The notes under the pieces: generated by a model
What the model saw: the letters and a program-made list of their open reading frames with translations, nothing else
The model's database searches: none
Told to the model about the DNA's origin: nothing
Shown: positions 39,621-52,531 of the stretch, piece after piece
Layout: each line of letters opens with the position of its first letter
Position numbering within the stretch: the stretch's first letter is position 1
Program-made: the position numbers and the translations under genes
Source of the DNA: Camelus ferus
Taxonomy: Eukaryota
Reading direction: 5' to 3'
DNA: 64,000 nt
NCBI RefSeq assembly: GCF_009834535.1
Contig: NC_045696.1
Span: 14,200,001 to 14,264,000, forward strand

Positions 39621-42600
39621 CTTCTCTGTGACATGGCCCAAGAATCATTCCACTGATCCATTCTACAAGGATACCTGAGCAGAAGGTAATAACTCATTTG
39701 CTGTAGAGTTTATAATTTGCCTCTGTAGGTGGCTCTAAGGAAAAAGAGATCAGTGGCTTTTTTTTTTAACTTAAAGTTCATATGTTTCTTTCATGATTTT
39801 CCAGATGTTTGATTTAATTTCTATCCCACTACCAGCTTGAGTATCATCAGACTAGACGCTTTGCTCTGCAAACACAGCTGTATGAATCTGAACACTGATG
39901 AGAGATTCACCCTCATGGAGTCATTGTTTAGCAGCACTTCCTTGTCCTGGCATAGATAGCGCATCCATGGTGAGCAAGACAATGGCAGTATAATTATATT
40001 TATCAGAGCAGAGCCTGATGAAGGTATTCCAGAATAACTTTGCAGGATAAAAAAAAAAATTCTGATTATTTTCTGACATGCACAAAAATGTATAGAGACG
40101 GGAACAATGGCAGAATGGATCACTCTACAAGGTCTTTCTTCTTCCTTCTGGCAGAGCAATGGTCATCTTTCAGTGTAGTCCTCTCCTGTCTTAAGACTTA
40201 AGATAAAAATCCTTTATGAATAGTTTAATACATCTTTTCCATAGGAGATTTCAAGCCACTTTAAAAAATATGGTAATCCTACGGGGTGATAATTATAAGA
40301 AATATCAGGACCAAATTAAATATAAAAGCAACGCTAGGTGTAATAGCTCACTGTGGATGTGCAGGCCATGAAGAGCTATGGAGTTACAGGCATCTTGACA
40401 TCTTTCTTCAAGATTCCTGAAGTCTTGCAATAAAAGGGCATGAATTTCTGGGAGTTCCCTGTTGCTAATTAAGGTAAACCAAAGGGATAGTAGGATTGGC
40501 ATCTAATAGTAAACCCTGAGACTAATCAAGGTTCTAATCTGAATGAAAAATTACCACACCTTCTCCTAAGGAAATAAAATTTTTTCCTTAAAAGAAAACT
40601 AAGGAACCTCAAATAAATATTTATGGTCCCTAAATTGTTCAAAGATCATAGGCAAAATGATTTTATTGTTCTTTTTATGTAGCTAGTATGTAATGTTGAT
40701 GTATATGAAATAATCTATGCAATTATATGTTAGTTATAAAGCCTAATAATAAAAGAGCATCCATGAAGACACTACTCACCTGTGACGAGAACATCAGCCA
40801 CACCATTGAACTGACCTATGTGATCAGACCTGATCCAATACCCCCATGCCCCACAGAAGGTGAGTTGTTTTTGCTGTTTCCATGCAGGTAAGAGTATAAG
40901 TTGAAATTACTGCTTTGGAAAACATTTTTGCATTATTCCATAAAGTTAAATCTGAACATGTTCTATGAGACCCCTAAATATCACCCCCAGGTGCAGCTGG
41001 AGACGTAAGACCATGCAGTTAGCCTATAATGACCCCTCAGTGTTCAAGTCTCCAAAATTTCTATATTGACATAAACTCACAATTTTTTATATATATAAAT
41101 ATATATATATGTATATAAACTTTTTTTACTTAAAAATCAGGAATGATATCTTGTAATGGTCTCAAAAATTAACATGTTAATATTTTCAATATAAAAAGTT
41201 GTCTTTGATCAGTTTCTACTTTATTAACCACCTTTGGGTACAAGTCTGTGAAGCTGAGTCAGAGGATAAGAAAAGATTGACTGGAACAATGAGACTAGAT
41301 GGAGAGGAAGGACTCAAGGAAAAGATTGGTCCCTCCATTTAAACAAGAGCTGGAATGATGAAAGAGGAGAAGTGGTGTAGCGTGAGTGAGAGTTCTTAGG
41401 GGACTGGGACAAATGACAAACTCTAGGCTTATTCAGGACTGTGAGCTAAGAGTTCAACTCCCCCTTCAATATTTGGGGGAGAAACAGCTAAAGCTCGATT
41501 TCATTGTTTATTTTTTGCTTTGGTTGTTTTGGTCATGATTTTTGGACTATTCTAGATCCCGGATTATATGGATTCAAGCTCCATAAAAGTTACATATAAC
41601 GGTTGGCTTGCTTTTTTTGGATAGCAAATTTTTGTTTTACATGACATGAACACTTTCCCGTATCAACACGAAGAGCTATAATTCATAATTTTATTTATTT
41701 ATTTTATTGTGTAAACACTTTAATACAGAGCCAATTCTTTTTTATCAAAGTATAGTTGATTTACTATGTATAACTCATTGTTTGAAGTGACGGTGTAATA
41801 TTGAGAAATACTGATGCACCATAGCATTTGCTACCACTCCAATACTGGCAAAGCTTAAAATGAACCTGCAATGTCTACCCAGTGCTTGAGGTTTACCAGG
41901 GTCAGTGCTTTCATTCTTTGCTGGTGACAATTTGAAATACCGTAACACTTTTTGGAGGGAAACCTGGGAATTTCTACCTTACAGTCACCTGTCAATAATA
42001 TATACAAGGAAGTATATTATTGCACTGTTTGTATAGTAAATAACTGGTTATGAACAGACGTTTTTCTGCTGAATAAATATAGATTTGTAAGTATCACTTT
42101 ACATTTTTACTTGCTTCTTTTTCTGGACCTATATGAAACAATGCCGTATGCTTCATTCCTGTGATTCCTAAGGTCAAGGACAACATCTGTTCCATTTCTG
42201 CTGCAGAGCACTAGGTTCCACCCATTAGCACAGGAGGTGGCTTAATTAATTATATTATTTGAAAATAATGATAATGAAGCACAGAGCAACCCTCCTTTCA
42301 TCTGCTAGTGATTCCATCTCCTTAATTGCACATGAAAGGAATTAATTACAGTACTTTCAGGGTTTTTTAAAGTGATGCTTAACTACAACCTAAAATGCAA
42401 AAATGAAAGATACAAGGGATGTTTCATGTGAGCCAAATCCTCCTTCCAATCATGCAACCTTTAAAAACCCTTAGGTCTTTCTTAGAAATATTAGTTATTT
42501 TGTTGTACGTTAATTTCACAAGGAAAGTGGGATGCTTTAATTATAAAAGCTACCTATTTCTTTTCACGATTTTTTAAATGTCTGCTTATGTTTTTGACTT

Positions 42601-42930
42601 CTGGATGTCATTTTTACACCTCCTCAGTGGATCTTCTGAAATTGACTTATGCTTTTCTCTCTGATTCTAATGAATCCTCTTTCCACGGGAGCTCTTTGAA
42701 GCCCCTCATTGCTCTCCCATCTTGCCCTCTGTAAGTACCTGTATATATTTGTGTCCAAACAATTTGTGTTTTATAGAGAGTGTATGGATAGTTTGATCTG
42801 ATAGAGACTCCCAATCCTGTATGGACCATTTCTGCATTGGAGGGCCTTCTGCTTTAGGGAAGCACGAGGATGTTCTGAATGAGCATCCCTATGTGACAGC
42901 ATCTCAAGCAGCAAATCCTCTGGGGGTAGT

Positions 42931-43560
42931 TGTGGGTTCTGGCCGGCAGAAGTCCCACCGAGACAGAATGAATTACTCAAGACTCTGTGGAAAAAGTCAA
43001 GAGAGCAAGAGAGAGTCGGGAGCCAACTCCAGAAGCCTCTCAAATGCTCCCATATTTACTGTGTACATTCAAAGGAAGAATGCAGGAATTTAGGGAAGGA
43101 CAGGGTGGGGTCACAATGAGTACAAAGGCTTTGTTTATTGTTGGTGTTTGGCTCAAGGTCAGAAGACCCTTTTTGGTGAATCATGTTCGTGGGTGTTGAG
43201 CCTTTCAGCTTATCAGGGCGGAACATCTGAGAATCAGAAGCTTAACAACTTGGACTCAGGCGGCTGTGCCTGTCTTAGGTTGCCCCCCTTAGGGGATCTT
43301 ACCCGTCACTGGCTAACCGGCCTTCTCACCTCTGAGTCTGCAGCTTTTTGTAACTTGTTTACCATTCCAGCCCAAGGCTGTTTTGGGGATAGAAGGCTAT
43401 CTAATAGCAGTCACGCCCAGCGTTTATAGCCGAGGGCCTGGGTCGTTGCTAAAACCTCAACTATGCAAGCAAGGGGGCTACTAAGCACATTTGCTCTTCT
43501 TTAAAGAGATAAGCGGCTGAGGTCTGTTACAATTTGTTAACCTAATCATGGGCTCCCACA
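42931..43560 (-). mobile_element. Young ERV LTR, copy A (6-bp TSD, class II-like)
   Basis: TGTGGG...CCCACA termini; TATAAA on the minus strand at about 43423-43428; TSD gggggt at 42922-42927 and 43561-43566; CpGs retained; homologous to 51621-52212. Confidence 0.88.
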
Positions 43561-46500
43561 GGGGGTAAAATGGCTTTAAAGTATGTCAGTCTGGCCTCAG
43601 AAAGAATAGAAGGTTAACTGAAGTTTTTTATTTTTGTTGTTTGATTTCCATTCACATTTAGCGTATGTACTTACAAGCTGAGATCTGGTTCTGTCTTGGG
43701 TCAAGTCTTCTATCTATACTTTGGATTGAGTTTCCCCCACTGCCATCTAGCTGAAGAAAGGGCCACAACTCATCTCTCTCTCACCCTGAAGAGCGGGAAA
43801 CATGCTCTCTGTCCTAACAAGGTGACATGGGTCCAAAGTGCACCAAAAGCGCCAGGAAGTTGCAGCTCACTCATGCAGAGGGGAAAGAAGAAAGGAGGGT
43901 CCCACTGAGTTCTATCAAGGAGGAAAATTCAGGGCACAGAGTACATGTCCCTGTGCAGCCTATGTGATGTTTTCTCTGGTAAAGTATTTAATTAAGTAGT
44001 ATAATTCAGAAAAAAGAAAAAGAGACAGGCATTCTTTTCTTTAAAATAAAAACTCAGTGAAGAGGAAGAAAATGAAGATAATGGTGAATGGAAGTGTCTG
44101 ATCCTGTTTATCACTAACCTTCCTATTTACTGTGATCCCAGCAATGTTTTCTCTATTATCTTATTAAAAGAACATCCATAACCAAGAGGTCACAGAGTTT
44201 ATTGTAATATTTAACATGTGAATGCCATGAAATTTATATATATATATAATAACCTAAACCATTTATGTTTTGTGTTGTTTCTTATAATTGGAAAACTTAT
44301 AAAACTATAATAGAAAATAGTGGGGGTAGGGCTAACAGAAAATAATCTAAACCATTTATGCTTTGTATCATTTTGTTTTAGTTAGAATCTTGGTATACAA
44401 TTGGAAAAACGTTTGTCAAACTTTTATTAAAAATGATGTGTGTGCGTTAAGAAAATATCCACTTACCTCACCTGATATTTGCTTCTACTGATACTGAAAA
44501 TACTGCTTCCTACATGAGAAGAGGATTATGTATGATTCATCAGCAACAAAAATAGTTAATTTATCACAGTGTTTTCACTGCTGCATAACTGAAGCTACAC
44601 TGTGGATAAAAGAAAGAAACTAGCAAATTTTTTACCATTTATAACTTATTAATATCATATTTTCTACTTAAAATTGAAATTTTTATTATTGCTCTTATTT
44701 GTTTTCAAAGGAAGGGTGAATGTTCTAATTTACTGATGGTGAGTCTATAGATCAAAATTTTATTTTATATTTTAATAATTGCTAGTGAACACGAATATCA
44801 AATAAAAGACCAGATGTGACAGATACCCTTAAATTGATTCCAACTAAATGGAATGCAAGAAACTTATCTACTTCTCTTGTGAGTGAAGATGAATTGCCAT
44901 GGCTTAGAGCTTTAGAAGCCCATAGTTCTAATCTTTCATTGATACATAATCCCAGATGGTAGCAAACTGGTTCATTTTTATAGAATCCATTTTCCCAGAA
45001 GCACTTTACCATTATGTTGGATTTTAATTTGAAAACAGTAGGGCAAAATACACAACAAATACAGTAATTATAAGAAAAAAAGCATTCAAGCGATGTAACA
45101 ACATTCCCCAGGAGGTCACACTCTGCTTTGTACTTGAGATTCTAAAGTTATTATTTTCTCAACTCTGAAGTTCTCAGGTAGAATTCAGGAGAAGCTAAAG
45201 GATTTTATGATGGTTATAAGTTGAGATGTTGTAGTGTGTGTAATATAAGAGGATGCTAGACTTCCGCTCTTAAGTAAAATACATATGTACATTGTAATAT
45301 GCATATTATTCCTATGTGTTTTATTTTGTAAATAAAACCAAAATAAATTCTAAGTATTAAAACCTTAAATCCCATCACTCTATAGATTCTTCTAAGTACC
45401 TGGATATTTAGCACTATGGGTAGGGAAACGCCTAGAGTCCAGGATTGCTATAGTAATTCTCCTGCACGCCAGGAATTCCAGTGAAAGAGTGTGACAAGGA
45501 AATAGAAATAATACAGATACCTTGAATCGGAGGTTTCCATCCCTCAAAAGTTGACAAAGAGTGAGGATTGCTTTAAATCTGATACAACATACACAAGGAG
45601 TCATTTTGCATCAACAAAAACAGAATATTGTTCTTTATTGAGTATCTCCTGTAAGTTGAACATTGTACGATGAACAAAATAGAATATCTCATTAACTACG
45701 ACAACAGTCCTCTGACGTCAGTGTTTATATCCTCCTTTTTTGTGGAAAATGGAAACAGGTTTATGGAGATTAAAAAGCGTTCTGATGCATGCACAGCCAG
45801 GAAATGGGGACATTGGGATGCAATGTACATCTATGTGGACCCCAAACCCATGCTCTTCAACAAAAGAAAACATTGCAACTGCCCTTTCCCATATGAGAGA
45901 ATTGTTCATCACTCCACAGAAATACTCCTTGCCTCAGTTTGTCAGATACAGCCGTCTCATGGGGCAGTTCTTCTACTACCCCAGGGATGGGTTCAGAATC
46001 CTAGATGCTCCACATCCCACTGTGTGGCACCCTCACTGGGTGCCCTGCTTAACTCCTCCTGAGAACCTTCTAGATGTGGTCTCCCTTAACAGTTGAGATA
46101 AAGTCTTTCTCTGTCTCTCTTTTTTTTAATAGCATAAAAGCAATCAACTGTAGATGTCCTAAGTACTCAAATTGGCCACAGATTTAGAAAAATGGTCAAA
46201 ATACCTAATAGTGGTTAGATAAATGGTCAAAATAGCTAAGAGTGATTAGATAAATATTAGAATATTTTTTCAGTTTTAATACCTAGAGAAGTTGGTTAGG
46301 ATTTGTACATTTATTAGTAGGTCCTGAATGGTTTTATTTAAGAACTAGGGTTAGATTAAGTAATGGCTATAAAAATAAAACTTAATAATGGTTTTATCAT
46401 TGCATGATGATTTTTCCATTTCTGTCAGGCTTACTTTGATGTTACATACTCTGTATAAATGTCAATTAGAAAACTGAATAATAGGAGCTTTATTAAAGAA

Positions 46501-46974
46501 TTTTATAATTGTGTAACACATATAAACAAATAAAAAGAAAAGCTGTTTTTGTCTTAGTTGCCCAAACAATTCTAGGTTTTTGAATTAAGAACTTTAAACA
46601 AAGATCCTACTACAACCTGGAAGAAGTTTACCTAAATTCCAAGTCTATTAATATTTGAAAATATGCATGTCCTTACGTGTGCCAAACTTACAAACATAAA
46701 TCTATATGCATAAAATAAGTTATTATATTATTTGGGGTTAATTTTACATTAATGTGATTCAAGAAAAAAGATTTTGATTTTTAAATATGGAAAGTTAACA
46801 CAAAATAGGAAAAAGTAATAAATAAAACATTCTTAAGTATTTGGCTTTGTTTATTTTAAAAAAAGAATGCATTTATTGCTTCATTAAAGTATCCTTATTG
46901 TACAAATTCCTAAACCGTTACTCCTGAACTGTGATGGTAACCAGAATAAATCATAATGATACTGATGATCATAG

Positions 46975-47195
46975 TTAATGTTCATTGAATGCTTGCAGGG
47001 TGTCAGAAATCATTTGAGATGCTTTAGGTGGATTATGTAATTTAGTCCCCAAGACAATCCTAAGAAGTGGAAAACTCTAGTTTATAGATAAGGAAACTGA
47101 GTCAGGAAGAGGGTAAGTAACTGGTTCAAGATCACGTAGTTAGTGGATAGAGATGGGAATCTGAGAAGAGCCTGACTCCAAGACTTTGCTCTTGA
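46975..47195 (-). mobile_element. MIR SINE
   Basis: tttatagataaggaaactgagtcagg...ggtaagtaactggttcaagatcac core. Confidence 0.75.
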
Positions 47196-48039
47196 AACTA
47201 CTCTGTTTTTGCATAGTCTGTGGGGAGAGAAAGAGAGACAGAGACAGAGAAGAGGAGACAAAGGGAAGGAGGAGAAGGAGGAGAAGGAAAAGGGGAAGAA
47301 GGAGGACCAGGGGATGAAGAGGGGGATAGGGTGAGAAACTAGGTTGCACTTTAAGTAGGATGTTTAGCGAAGACTCCTGAGGAAGTGACATTGACTAAAA
47401 GCTTGAAAAATGTGACAGGGCTAGCTATGGGGGATACTGGAGAACATGCTGCTCCAGATAGAATAGTTGTGTAAGAATGTTTCTCCTACCTTCTCAAGAG
47501 CATCCCCCTCATTACACCAAAATCCAAGCCTTAGTGATCTAATATTTTCCCTGATTTCTAACCAGTTTCCCATTTCCTTGCATCTAAAAATGAAAAAAAA
47601 AAAATCAGGAATCTCACTGATTCTTTTTTACATGAACATTTGTTAATTCTTTTATCTCTTAACATGAAATGATTGGCTTTTATTTCCTTGTGGGGAAGCA
47701 TGTGCTTGGAAGGGAGTGTTTATCATGAATCTCTGCTTTCACATCCAGCCTGGGGGCCACGGTCATAGCCTCCCAATCACCAAGACCCATAAAACCTGAT
47801 GCCCACTTAGGTGACCTCAGGAAAGAAGCCCAATTGTATGAGATTAACCTGAGTATTTCAAGGGACAGATTACTCATACACCAATAGAGGGGAAATTTGG
47901 TGCTGGTTTCAGATAATTTGATTATATCTTAAAACTCTTTTCTTATATTTTTGAGGCTGGATTACATGTATTAAAATGGTCATATCTTAAAAGGGCATTT
48001 TAATAAATCTTGTCAACATATAATTCCATATAACACCAA

Positions 48040-49145
48040 TCAACTTATAAGGTTGCTTCTAGAACACTAGAAAGTTCTCTCAAGGCCCTTTACAGAAAAT
48101 TCCCCTCCTCCCACAAAGGCAACCACTTTTCTGTCATCCATCCCCATAGATAGGTTTTGCCTTTCTTGGTTTGAATATAAATGGAATTTTACAGTATGTA
48201 CAGTAGTGTCTGGCTTCTTTCATTCTCTGTAACTTGTTTTTGAGGTTCTTTTTTATTGCTAGGTAGTACCTCATTGTATCAATATGCCAGTTCATTCATT
48301 TTCCCATTGATGGTAGTTGATTTGGGTAGTTTTCTTTTGTTCTTTATTTTTCTTGGTAGAAAGCAACAATATAAAACATATTTTTAACATAGTTTGGATA
48401 AATAACTAGGAGCAGACTGCTAAATCATAAGCTATGTTCAACTTAATAAGAGCCACAGCATTTTTCCAAAATGGGTTTTACACCCCTCCAGTAATGTGTG
48501 AGTTCCAGGCGCTCTCACATCTGCTCCCTCACTTCTGTTGTTAGTCTTTCTAATTTTAACCATTCTAATGATTACGTGGTAGTAATTCTGTGTGGTTTTA
48601 ATTTTCATGTCCCTAATGACAAAGGGTTTTGAGAATCTTTTCAGTGACTCTCATCTTCTTTTTGAAGTGTCTGTCCAGTCTTCCCACATTTTCCATTCAG
48701 TTATCTCTTAACTATTGACTTGTAATCTGCAGTAAGTCTTTTGTCAGATATATGTGAAAATGTATTTCTCCTCATCAGTGTCTCTTCATTCACTTTTTAA
48801 TAGTGCTTGCTGAAGAAAAACAATTTTTATCTTTAAAGACCAGCTTAACAAAATTTTGTACATGTAGTGCTTTCTGCTTATAAGAAATCTTTGTCTATCT
48901 CAAAGAAAAGTGTTTCTTTTAAGAATTTTATGGTTTCAGCTTTTACATGTAAGTCTGCAATCCAATTTGAAGTAATGTTTGTACATGATGTGGTATATTG
49001 GTCAGTGTATTTTCTTGTAGGAACTTTGTGGTTTGATGCTTAAGTTTAGGCCTGCAATCCAATTTAAATTAATTTGCATATGGTGAGAGGTATAGATCAA
49101 TGTTCACACTTAATTTTTTCATTTGGGTATTTAATTATTTCAATA
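48040..49145 (-). mobile_element. Old L1M fragment
   Basis: Antisense L1 3' region motifs (aggcaaccact, aattttaaccattctaatg, ttttaattttcatgtccctaatgac). Confidence 0.7.
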
Positions 49146-50125
49146 CTGTTAACAATATTCAAGAACTTTTGATGCCAAAAATGAAAGAAAGGAAAACTAA
49201 AACTTGAGCTTGCCTGGCTAATTAAGTTTGTGACAACCACTTTTGAATTATGCCTAGTTATCATGTAACACATTAGCAATTTACATGCTATTCTGTCATA
49301 TTAACTTTGTTGAAGGTTTTCTTTTATTGTAATTTAAAACTCTCCAGCATAAATATAATTCTTAATGTGTACTGTTTCTGCAGTCTGCTTATCTGCAGCA
49401 AACATCTGGAATGATGGATTTCTAAGAGTTTGCAAAGGCTCAATTTGTATACACAAAACTATTGATTAGTGTCATTATCTACAATGATTTGTTATCCTTC
49501 ATCAGTCACCACAGATTTAATGATACAGCTTCATCTCTGAGACAGTCTTCCACTTTTTCACTTAAAAACGTCTCACTCTTCTGTCTCTTTCTCCTCTCTT
49601 AACCTCTCATCATAACCTACTGTTTCACATTCATGATGAGATCATTCCACTTCCTTTCTTCATTTTTTGTGTATTTAGAAGTATATTCAATCCATTGGTA
49701 AATCAATACTTATTATTGAATATGTGTCAGATACTGACAAATAACTCAAGTTTTTATTAGAATATAAAAAATACAGGGAAAAAGAATTATTGAAGGTTAA
49801 GAACCAACGTCTAAGAACCTATGGCTCAACTAGATTAGTTGTCTGGCTTCCCAGAACCATCAAGAAGCCTGAAGTGGGTATTGATTCTTACACAGAATTT
49901 TCATATTTTTCAAAATTTCAAAATAACCAGTCACATTTTCAATCACTACATGAGACTACATCATGTTCGGGACTAAAAGGAATATTGAAGACAAAGGAGG
50001 ATTTCACCAGACAATGAGTCACTTTTTCTTGAGTGGAGGGCTAGTAGGGTTAAGGTGCTTAAAGTGCATGGATCTTTAAGAAGTTAAGTAAGAGACAAAG
50101 GATGCTCAATGATGATGCTCTGGAA

Positions 50126-50293
50126 GGAAGCAAAAAGATCATAGAATCTCCTATAACAAAATACGTTTTGGCCATAATAATCATAATAACCATCACCATC
50201 ACAGTGGGAGCTGTATACAGAGCCATAGCCACAGCCCTAGCAGAAGTCATATCCACATCTCCCACACACATTTCCATAGGAATTGGACTAGAT
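50126..50293 (-). pseudogene. KRTAP21: KRTAP21-like pseudogene
   Basis: Leader ctcctgatgcc then (ATC)*SNSYGNVCGRCGYDFC*GCGYGSVYSSHCDGDGYYDYYGQNVFCYRRFY; compare KRTAP21 MCCNYYGNSCG...YRPFCFRRCYSSC. Start lost, two stops. Degenerate TATA (tgtagaaagagccc) at about 50367-50380. 3' limit approximate. Confidence 0.82.
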
Positions 50294-51620
50294 GGCATCA
50301 GGAGATGAGAATGCAGCTGGGCTATAAAAGAAAGCTACTTGAGTTTCAGTATCACGGACTGCCCTGGGCTCTTTCTACATAATCAGATGTTTACACAGTA
50401 CACGTCACACTTTGCCTTCTTGTTCCCACAAAAATTTATACTTAAAAAAAGCTGACTTACTTTATGTCATAAGAAATCCTCTCATTTTGTGGACCTTTTT
50501 CAGTTTCCCCAAATCAATCGCAAACTTTCAAAAGTAACTTGTGTTCCCAGTAAGTTACAAATGTATATTCCACAAGTGTCATGAGATGCACAAATAACAC
50601 ACTGCCTTTGTCTTCACTAATCTATAATTATATCTTGTACTGAAGTTGGAGCCATGTTAAATTCCTTGATATATCTCCTAAACCAATAGCTGGCCGTTTG
50701 CCTTTTCCTTATTCATTTCCTACTCTCAGTTGATTTAAAGCCAATTTACTTTGAAAATAATCAGTGTCAGATTTTCAGTCTTCAATGTGAAGACCTCACA
50801 CAGGCACGCTCCCTACCGCCACCCTCCTCCTTCTTCAAATCAGCTTTCCACAGCTGCAGCATCTTTTCAATATTTATCATTCTTTAGTATGGCTTTCATT
50901 TCATTTCTACATCCCCATATTTCAAAAGACCTTTACATCATTTCTAGTTTTCCGATTCTATGATTTATAAATTGTCCTTGACATCTCTCTAGAGTGAAAT
51001 ACGTAAACGCACACCGACCTACCCTGCCTCCCGAGTCAGGTCAGTATTATTTCTCCAGAACCCAGAGGGGGAATTTTCTCAAGTGGTCCACGAGGTTAGT
51101 TCCTTTTCTCTTGTTTCCCATGTGTGTCACACCAAAGTTTAAGCACCTTAACTCTACTAGCCCTCCACCAAAACGTAACCCTTGAACTCTAATCTCAGTA
51201 TACTTCTCCACTAACTCCCTGCCTTCCCCGGATAGTACAACAGTATATCCAATAGATGCTATAGTTTCCCCTTTTATGTCTGTTTGTGAGACTACCAGTT
51301 CCATGAATATTTCAACTACCTGATATAAATAGGGCAATCAACCCCCCTAAAAATACACATTGTATTTCTTATAAACAATCAGATGTCACCCCAAGCAATC
51401 TGTACTAATCAGACTGATGGCAGAGTGGCAGAGGCTGAGACAATCAAAAGAGAGCTCTCAAGGCTTTTATTTTTCCCTTTTGGAAGGAATATTCTTTTAC
51501 AAACAATTTAAATACGGAATCAAAAAAACGTGAATTCACAGTGAAACAATGAGAAAGTAGAAATTTCTCCCTTTTTCTGTTCTTTTTATTCATCTTCCCC
51601 ATGCAACCATTATCATGTTT

Positions 51621-52230
51621 TGTGGGAGCCCATGACTGGGTTAACAAACTGTAATGATCCCAGCCGCTTATCTCCTTAAAGAAGATGTGCTTAGTAACTG
51701 CCTTGAGGTTTTAGCAATGACCCAGGCCCCCGGCTGTACACACTGGGCGTGCCTGCTATTAGATAGTCTTCTATCCCCAAAACAGCCTTGGGCTGGAATG
51801 GTAAAATGCTGCAGACTCGGGGGTGAGAAGGCTGGTTAGCCAATGACGGGTAAGACCCCCTGAGGGGGCAACCTAAGACAGGCACAGCCGCCTGAGTCCA
51901 GGAAAATCTTGCCAAGCAGCTGATTCTCATACGTTCCGCCCTGATAAGCTGAAAGGCTCAACACGAACATGATTCACCAAAAAGGGTCTTCTAACCTTGA
52001 GCCAAACACCAACAATAAACAAAGCCTTTGTACTCATTGTGATCCCACCCTGTCCTTCCCCAAATTCCTGCTTCAACTGTACTCAATAAATATGAGAGAT
52101 TTGAGAGACTCGTGGAGTTGGCTCCTGACTCCCTCTCGCTCTCTTGACTTTTCCCCAGAGTCTTGAGTAATTCATTCCATTTCGGTGGGACTTCTGCTGG
52201 CCAGAACCCACAACTGGTGACAAACCCACA
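51621..52230 (+). mobile_element. Young ERV LTR, copy B, plus an 18-nt extension
   Basis: TGTGGGAGCC...AACCCACA (52212), AATAAA at 52085-52090, TSD atgttt at 51615-51620 and 52231-52236. Confidence 0.88.
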
Positions 52231-52341
52231 ATGTTTAAAGTAGACAAATTTTCTACAAACAATTGTCCAACAGAAAGTTCTCTCTTAAACCTTATCTGGA
52301 ATAGGGATGCATTGAGTTTCAGAAGGATCCACTGTTACCTG

Positions 52342-52531
52342 AGGATTACCAGGTGAAATGCAGGGACACCGAATTTGAATTTCAGATAGCGGGGAATAAC
52401 ATTTGTAGTATAAGTGTGTCCCATGCAGTATTGGGGACATACTTATATTAAAATGCCACTCACTGTTTACCTAAAATTGAAATTTAGCTGGGTGTCCTCC
52501 TGTGTTTCTCTTTGCTAAATCTGGTAACCCC
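52342..52531. mobile_element. MER53 palindromic MITE
   Basis: aggattaccag...gaatttgaatttcagata...tagtataagtgtgtcccatgcagtattggggacatacttatatta...tttgctaaatctggtaaccc; internal inverted repeat. Confidence 0.85.

Noticed and set aside
40321..40434. TATAAAAG, gccATG, a 21-aa ORF and AATAAA in sequence
   Set aside because: Peptide is not KRTAP-like, and such motifs are expected by chance in AT-rich DNA
50102..50308. Plus-strand ORF with a transmembrane-like IIIITITIT stretch
   Set aside because: Antisense reading of the KRTAP21-like relic, with no promoter support
42931..52230. The two LTRs as ends of one provirus
   Set aside because: Opposite orientation, different TSDs, and no gag/pol/env sequence between them
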